A stretch of 64,000 nt of DNA from Gemmatimonadales bacterium (lineage in GTDB: Bacteria > Gemmatimonadota > Gemmatimonadetes > Gemmatimonadales > GWC2-71-9). The DNA is taken from positions 10,104-74,103 of the forward strand of contig JBFXBG010000001.1 of assembly GCA_050183505.1 (NCBI GenBank), read 5' to 3'. A model generated the notes under the pieces. It saw nothing but the letters and a program-made list of their open reading frames with translations. It was not told the DNA's origin and searched no databases. This document shows, in pieces, positions 56,164-64,000 of the stretch (position 1 is its first letter; each line of letters starts with the position of its first letter). Position numbers and translations under genes: made by a program.

Positions 56164-57467
56164 GGCGCGCTCCGGCGGAGGCGCGCCGCGTAGGCTCCGT
56201 CCATCTCCGCCCGCTGCGGGAGAATCAGGAGATCCCCCGCCGGCGTCAGCAGTTCCTGCGGCAGGCTGGCTGCCGGCTCCCGCCGGAACTCCGGATGGGC
56301 GTTCAGAAAACTCTCCACCTGGCACTCGTTCTCCTCTGGTTCCAGGGAGCAAGTGGCGAAAACTAATGCCCCCCCGGGCCGAACCAACCGGGCGGCGGAT
56401 TCCAGCAACCGGGCCTGCAGGTCCACCAGGCTGTCGAGGCTCTCCGGGGTGATCCGCCAACGGGCATCCGGATGGCGTGCCAGCGTGCCGGTGCCCAGGC
56501 AGGGAGCGTCGAGCAACACCCCGTCCAGCTCCCCCAGCGGGGGCCGCAGCCCGTCCGCCACGATGGGATATTCCCGGCCCGAGCCCGCCCGGTGCAGGGT
56601 GTCGGCCAGCCGGGCGACCTTCTCCCGGTTGCGGTCCCCGGCGATCACCCGGGCGCCGGCCCGGCCGAGCGCCACCGACTTGCCGCCCGGCGCGGCGCAC
56701 ATGTCGTAGACCAGCCCGCCGGTGATACCGCTGAAGCGGACCACCAGCGCGTGTGCCGGATCCTGGACCACGAAATCTCCTTCGGCGAAGCCCGGCAGGT
56801 CGGTCGGCCGGCGGTCGACCCGAAGGCCGGCCCCGAGCGGAGCCGCCGCGACCCGGATGCCGGCGTCGCTCCAGCGCCGATGCAACTCCTCCGGCTCCGC
56901 CCGGGCCGGCTGCACCACCAGCGCCGGGCGGGTGTTGTTCCATTCCAGCAGGCGGATCGTGCCCGCCGTCCCGAACCGCGCGACCCAGCGGCGAACCAGC
57001 CACTCCGGATGCGACCAGGCGGCGGCCAGTGCCTCCGCGGTTTCGGCGGGCGGAACCGCCGCTGCCGGCGCGGCCGCGATCTTCCGGAGGACCGCGTTGA
57101 CGAACCCGGCCGCCCGGTCACCGGCAACTTCCCGTGCCAGGGACACGCTGGTGTCGACGGCGGCGTGGACCGGGATCCGGTCGAGCTGAGTGAGCTGGTA
57201 GGCCCCCAGCCGGAGGACGTCCTGCAGGGAAGGGGTGACGGTGTTCCAGCCGTGGGCAATGCGGGGTGCGAGGGCGGCATCCAGCACGGCCTGCTGGCGC
57301 AGCACTCCCGCGGCCAGTTCATGGGCCAGGCGCCGGTCCCGCTCGTCGGTGACGTCGGCGACACCGATGTCTCGGGCCCGGTCGAACGGCTGTCCCCGGC
57401 GGACGCCCTGCAGGATACGGAATGCCGCGCGGCGGGCGCCGAGTGCCGCCGGGGACGCTGGAGGCAC
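56160..57467 (-). CDS. rsmB: 16S rRNA m5C967 methyltransferase RsmB/Sun
   Basis: NusB-like N-terminus (FVNAVLR), SHPEW, DMCAAPGGK, DAPC and TCSLEPEEN motifs. Confidence 0.93.
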   Translation of the reverse strand: MPPASPAALGARRAAFRILQGVRRGQPFDRARDIGVADVTDERDRRLAHELAAGVLRQQAVLDAALAPRIAHGWNTVTPSLQDVLRLGAYQLTQLDRIPVHAAVDTSVSLAREVAGDRAAGFVNAVLRKIAAAPAAAVPPAETAEALAAAWSHPEWLVRRWVARFGTAGTIRLLEWNNTRPALVVQPARAEPEELHRRWSDAGIRVAAAPLGAGLRVDRRPTDLPGFAEGDFVVQDPAHALVVRFSGITGGLVYDMCAAPGGKSVALGRAGARVIAGDRNREKVARLADTLHRAGSGREYPIVADGLRPPLGELDGVLLDAPCLGTGTLARHPDARWRITPESLDSLVDLQARLLESAARLVRPGGALVFATCSLEPEENECQVESFLNAHPEFRREPAASLPQELLTPAGDLLILPQRAEMDGAYAARLRRSAP

Positions 57468-57481
57468 GGAGAGGGACCGGG

Positions 57482-58282
57482 TCAGCCCAGCATGCCGCGC
57501 GCCGGGCTGGACGGGACCGCGGTTTCCCGGCGCGGCATTCGTCCGGCCATCCAGGCCAGGCGCCCCGCCTCCACCGCCAGCCGCATGGCCCCGGCCATGG
57601 CGACCGGATCCTCCGCCTCCGCCAGCGCGGTATTCATCAGGATGCCGTCGACGCCCTGTTCCATGGTGACGCAGGCGTCCGACGCGGTGCCGACCCCGGC
57701 GTCCACGATGACCGGGACGGAGAGCCGGCGCTTGATGGTACGGATGCTGTACGGGTTCAGCAGGCCGAGCCCGCTGCCGATGGGAGAAGCCAGCGGCATG
57801 ACCGCCGCCGCGCCGGCTTCCTCCAAACGGAGCGCGGTGATCAGGTCATCGTTGGTGTAGGCCATCACCTGGAACCCCTCGGCTACCAGCGTCCGGGTGG
57901 CCTCGAGCAGGCCGGCGACGTCGGGCAGGAGTGTCTCGCGGTCGCCGATCACCTCGAGTTTCACGAATTCGTTGAATCCGGCCTCCCGGGCCAGCCGGGC
58001 ATAGCGGATGGCTTCGTCGGCCGTGTAACAGCCGGCGGTGTTGGCCAGCAGGAAATGACGCGTGGGGTCGAGGTGATACAGCAGGCCCTCTTCCCTGGTC
58101 CGGTCCAGATCCACCCGGCGTACGGCGACCGTGACGACTTCGGCGCCCGACGCATCGATGGCCCGGACCATTTCGGCGTTGCTGCGGTACTTGCCGGTCC
58201 CGACCAGGAGCCGGGAGCGGAACGGCCGCCCGCCGATCATGAGCGGGGTGTCGATATCAAGAGAGGGTATGGTGACTGTCAT
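57482..58282 (-). CDS. thiG: Thiazole synthase
   Basis: SRLLVGTGKY, NTAGC, KLEV, MPLASPIGSG and VDAGVG motifs. Confidence 0.96.
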   Translation of the reverse strand: MTVTIPSLDIDTPLMIGGRPFRSRLLVGTGKYRSNAEMVRAIDASGAEVVTVAVRRVDLDRTREEGLLYHLDPTRHFLLANTAGCYTADEAIRYARLAREAGFNEFVKLEVIGDRETLLPDVAGLLEATRTLVAEGFQVMAYTNDDLITALRLEEAGAAAVMPLASPIGSGLGLLNPYSIRTIKRRLSVPVIVDAGVGTASDACVTMEQGVDGILMNTALAEAEDPVAMAGAMRLAVEAGRLAWMAGRMPRRETAVPSSPARGMLG

Positions 58283-58354
58283 TGGGAAACCTGCAGCGAT
58301 GAGTACGCTGGTAAGATAATCACAGGACCGAGGACTTCAGACCCGGCGTGGTCG

Positions 58355-58900
58355 TCAGTTCTGCTGTTCTGGAGGCGTATAGTCGAGCAGCCGCGTCGGG
58401 CCGCGGACCACGACTCTCCATCCGGACGGCGTGGTGTCGCGCTTGAGCACGAAGCGGCGGAACGTGCCCATCGCTTCACGCTCTCCGGGGACGGTGCTGA
58501 CGATTCCGGTCTCCACGACCGCGGAATCTCCTTCCCGGGTGAGTGGAATGCCGAGGGAAGTGAATGCCATGGTGTCCTGATCGTGGCAGGCGATTGCCGG
58601 CGGCTGGCCGCAGTACCCCCGGATCAGGCCGCTCGCCTGGATCCGGGCCAGCCATGCCCGGTCGTGCATCGGGCGGGTCGAATCCGGCGGCGCCAGGATG
58701 ATCTCGTTCAGATAGATGTGCCGATTCCACCGGATCGGATTGGCGAGCGTGTCACGCGGAGTCAGGCTCGCCTTCAGGTTCTCCAGGGTCGTCTCATAGA
58801 TCGGATGAACATCCTGGAGGTCAACCGGACGGAATGGCTGCGGTGGTTCCGCGCTGCAGGCGGCGAGCAGGACAGCCGCGATCACGATGTGGCGTTGCAT
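58355..58900 (-). CDS. Hypothetical lipoprotein between thiS and thiG
   Basis: MQRH..AAVLLAA-C lipobox; 181 aa. Confidence 0.7.
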   Translation of the reverse strand: MQRHIVIAAVLLAACSAEPPQPFRPVDLQDVHPIYETTLENLKASLTPRDTLANPIRWNRHIYLNEIILAPPDSTRPMHDRAWLARIQASGLIRGYCGQPPAIACHDQDTMAFTSLGIPLTREGDSAVVETGIVSTVPGEREAMGTFRRFVLKRDTTPSGWRVVVRGPTRLLDYTPPEQQN

Positions 58901-58943
58901 GACAATCCAGGGACGAGTGGACGATAGCCCGCGGAGTCGGGGG

Positions 58944-59150
58944 TTACCCCCCTCCCACAAAATGCACCAGTTCGACCTGGTCGCCATCCCCGAGCCGGAC
59001 CTCGGCCAGCCGGGACCGCCGGACGATCTCCCGGTTCACCTCCACCACGACCATCCGGGGATCGAGCCCCAGCTCGGTCAGCAGCTCATCGGCCGCCAGC
59101 GGGCCGGGATAGTGGCGGGGTTCGCCGTTGATGGTGAGGGTGATGGGCAT
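58944..59150 (-). CDS. thiS: Sulfur carrier protein
   Basis: ITLTINGE, VEVNREIV and C-terminal VHFVGGG; 68 aa. Confidence 0.95.
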   Translation of the reverse strand: MPITLTINGEPRHYPGPLAADELLTELGLDPRMVVVEVNREIVRRSRLAEVRLGDGDQVELVHFVGGG

Positions 59151-59152
59151 TG

Positions 59153-59243
59153 GAGTCGAGAAGTCGAGGAGTCGAGGAGTCGAGGGGTCGAGAAGCCCAT
59201 GGTCGAGAAGTCGAGTGGTCGAGAAGTCCAGGGTCGAGAAGTT
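59153..59243. repeat. (GTCGAG[A/G]N)n octamer repeat
   Basis: About 9 copies directly upstream of the thiS ATG. Confidence 0.85.
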
Positions 59244-59307
59244 GCGGTTACTGGAAGTTCTAAGCTCCCGGGACGTACTTGGGAAGCCGGGCCGCCCCGC
59301 TCCCTTC

Positions 59308-59931
59308 TCACTTCTCACCCCTCACCCTCTCCAGCATTTCCACAACCGCCTCGGCCGGATCACGTGCCAGCCAGGCGGCCGAGATGGTCGCGACACCCCA
59401 GGCGCCGGCCTGCAGGACCTGCCCGATGTTGGCGGCGGTGATGCCCCCGATCGCGATGACCGGCACTCCGGTGCGGCTGCAGCTCCGGACCAGCTCCGGA
59501 CCGGCCGGCTTCACATCGGGATGGGAAGCGGTCTGAAAGATGGTCCCGGCGAGCAGGAAGTCCGCTCCTGCCAGGGCCGCTTCCTCGGCTTCGACCTCGG
59601 AGTGGACCGAGCAGCCGATCCACCCGCTTCCCATGACCGTTCGGGCGTCCGCCGGGGAGAGATCGCCCCGGCCGAGCTGTACCCCCTGGGCGCCGAGGGC
59701 CCGGGCAAGCTCCGGATGCCCATTCACCAGGACGGCGGCTTCGGGAGGCCGCGCGAGCGACAGGATCCGCCGGGCGGCTTCCGCCAGCCGGGCACCCGGG
59801 GCCCCACGATCCCGGGCGTGCAGCGCCACCGCGGGTCCGGCGGCGGCAATGGCGGCGGCCCGGACGCCGAAATCGGGCAGGTCGAGAATCCGGGCATCCG
59901 TAACGGCATGCAGGCGGGGGAGCGGCCTCAC
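59308..59931 (-). CDS. Thiamine phosphate synthase/TenI family protein
   Basis: TIM-barrel motifs GCSVHS, GTIFQTASH and VIAIGGI; lies next to thiS. Confidence 0.85.
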   Translation of the reverse strand: MRPLPRLHAVTDARILDLPDFGVRAAAIAAAGPAVALHARDRGAPGARLAEAARRILSLARPPEAAVLVNGHPELARALGAQGVQLGRGDLSPADARTVMGSGWIGCSVHSEVEAEEAALAGADFLLAGTIFQTASHPDVKPAGPELVRSCSRTGVPVIAIGGITAANIGQVLQAGAWGVATISAAWLARDPAEAVVEMLERVRGEK

Positions 59932-60863
59932 GCGAAGCGGTCACCGACCGCGACGCCGCGCCCCCGGACCCAGTCGGCCGCGGGCATGCGCCGTTTCCCG
60001 GCGGGTTGAACTTCCCGGATGAGCAGCGCGCCGTCGCCGGTCGCGATGGAAAGCCGCGCGCCGGTCTGGATCACGGTCCCGGCGGGGTCGGGGCCCGGTG
60101 GGGGCGCCTCCTGTACGCGTCCGCCGAAGAGCTTCACTTCGGTCTGCTTCAGGGTGGTCCACGCCGCGGGGTCCGGATCGAAGGCGCGGACTCTCCTGGC
60201 GCAGACGAGGGCCGGTTCGTCCCAGCGGATCCGGCAGAGGTCGCGGTGGATCTTGGGAGCGAAGGTGGCGGCGGAGGCATCCTGCGCTTCGGCGCGGATC
60301 CGTCCCGCCGACAGGGCCTCGAGAGTCTGTACCAGGGCATCGGCTCCGATCTGGGCCAACCGGGCGGTCAACTCTCCGCCGGTTTCCTCCGGCCCGATGG
60401 GGGTGCTCACCCGCTGATAGACCGGGCCGCTGTCCAGCCCGGCTTCCATCTGCATGATGCTGATGCCGGTCTCCGGCTCTCCGTTCAGGATGGCCCAGGG
60501 AATGGGCGCGGCGCCGCGGAGCCGGGGCAGCAGGGACGCATGAACGTTGATCATGCCCAGCGTCGGGGTGGCCAGCACCGCCGGGTTCAGCAGATGGCCA
60601 TAGGCGACCACGATCCCGAGCTCCGCGTCGAGGTGGCGCAGGCTCTGCAGGAACACGTCGCCCAGGGGCTTCTGCGGCTGCAGGACCGTGATGCCGAGAT
60701 CGGCGGCAACGGTCTTTACCGGCGGAGGTACCAGCCGGGAGCGGGAGCGGCCGCGGGCCTTGTCTGGTTGGGTGATGACGGCGGCCACATCGTGGCCGGC
60801 GGTCAGGAGCGCCTGGAGGGACGGCACCGCGAAGTCCGGGGTGCCGAAGAAAACGAGCCGCAT
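59928..60863 (-). CDS. fmt: Methionyl-tRNA formyltransferase
   Basis: FFGTPDFA, TQPD, NVHASLLP.LRGAAPI and LDSGP motifs. Confidence 0.96.
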   Translation of the reverse strand: MRLVFFGTPDFAVPSLQALLTAGHDVAAVITQPDKARGRSRSRLVPPPVKTVAADLGITVLQPQKPLGDVFLQSLRHLDAELGIVVAYGHLLNPAVLATPTLGMINVHASLLPRLRGAAPIPWAILNGEPETGISIMQMEAGLDSGPVYQRVSTPIGPEETGGELTARLAQIGADALVQTLEALSAGRIRAEAQDASAATFAPKIHRDLCRIRWDEPALVCARRVRAFDPDPAAWTTLKQTEVKLFGGRVQEAPPPGPDPAGTVIQTGARLSIATGDGALLIREVQPAGKRRMPAADWVRGRGVAVGDRFA

Positions 60864-61393
60864 TCAGGCCGAGCCCGCCGGTGCCTTCCCGACCTCGGTC
60901 ACCACGTTGCCGTCCTTGTGCTCCTTGCGGTAACGGGTGATGAGCATCTTGCGCTTGATGGGCCCGAGATGATCGAGGAAGAGGATGCCGTCGAGGTGAT
61001 CGATCTCGTGCTGGATGGCACGGGCCAGCAGGCCCGCGGCTTCCCGGGTGTACCGCCGTCCCTCCCGGTCGGTGGCTTCCACCGTGATGCGATCGGGCCG
61101 GGTCACCTCGGCGTAGACGTCCGGAATCGAGAGACAGCCTTCTTCGGCCGAATCCCGACCTTCCGCCTCGAGGATGACCGGGTTGACCAGTACCAGCCGG
61201 TCCTCGTCGACCTCCACGACGGCCACCCGGCGGGCCACCCCGACCTGGTTGGCGGCCAGGCCGATGCCCTTGGCGGCATGCATGGTCTCGAAGAGATCGT
61301 CGATGAACTGGCGGATCTCGTCGTTGACCTCGGGGATCTCGGGGCTGGCCTGTCTCAGAACCGGCGAACCCAGCAGGTGGAGGGGCAGCAGAC

Positions 61394-61397
<4 letters not shown>
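60864..61397 (-). CDS. def: Peptide deformylase
   Basis: GIGLAANQ, EGCLS and QHEIDHLDG motifs. Confidence 0.97.
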
Positions 61398-63947
<2,550 letters not shown>

Positions 63948-64000
63948 GGGGGGCAGACGGTCGGACGGTCGGACGGGCCGATGGTCCGACCGTCTCAATC

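Overview
GC-rich bacterial chromosomal window. Gene order and protein style suggest Gemmatimonadota, but that is inference only. It is densely coding, with about 58 supportable CDS, mostly housekeeping. These include a long minus-strand superoperon (queA-tgt-yajC-def-fmt-thiE/TenI-thiS-lipoprotein-thiG-rsmB-PASTA-rpe-TlpA-tsaD-lgt), a TamA/BamA-TamB pair, a glcDEF-type operon, a primary-type sigma70 paralog, aroB, PduO, dacB, peptide ABC components, a Fur-boxed cytochrome c-FTR1 iron permease, and S46 and M48 peptidases. No rRNA, tRNA, canonical CRISPR, integrase or transposase was seen. Three non-housekeeping signals stand out. (1) At 13.3-14.4 kb, a DUF559/Vsr-like endonuclease gene is bracketed by inverted REP-like hairpins and preceded by three 125-bp tandem units. 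Each unit is a diverged copy of the last 17 codons of the neighbouring VWA gene fused to the hairpin. (2) At 51.8-51.9 kb, a consensus sigma54 promoter points into a roughly 125-nt intergenic sequence whose G-U wobbles favour folding on the minus strand, a candidate undescribed sRNA. (3) At least a dozen intergenic 7-10-nt tandem repeats follow a strand rule: purine-rich after stop codons and pyrimidine-rich before start codons. All product calls come from motif recognition by eye; no database search was run.
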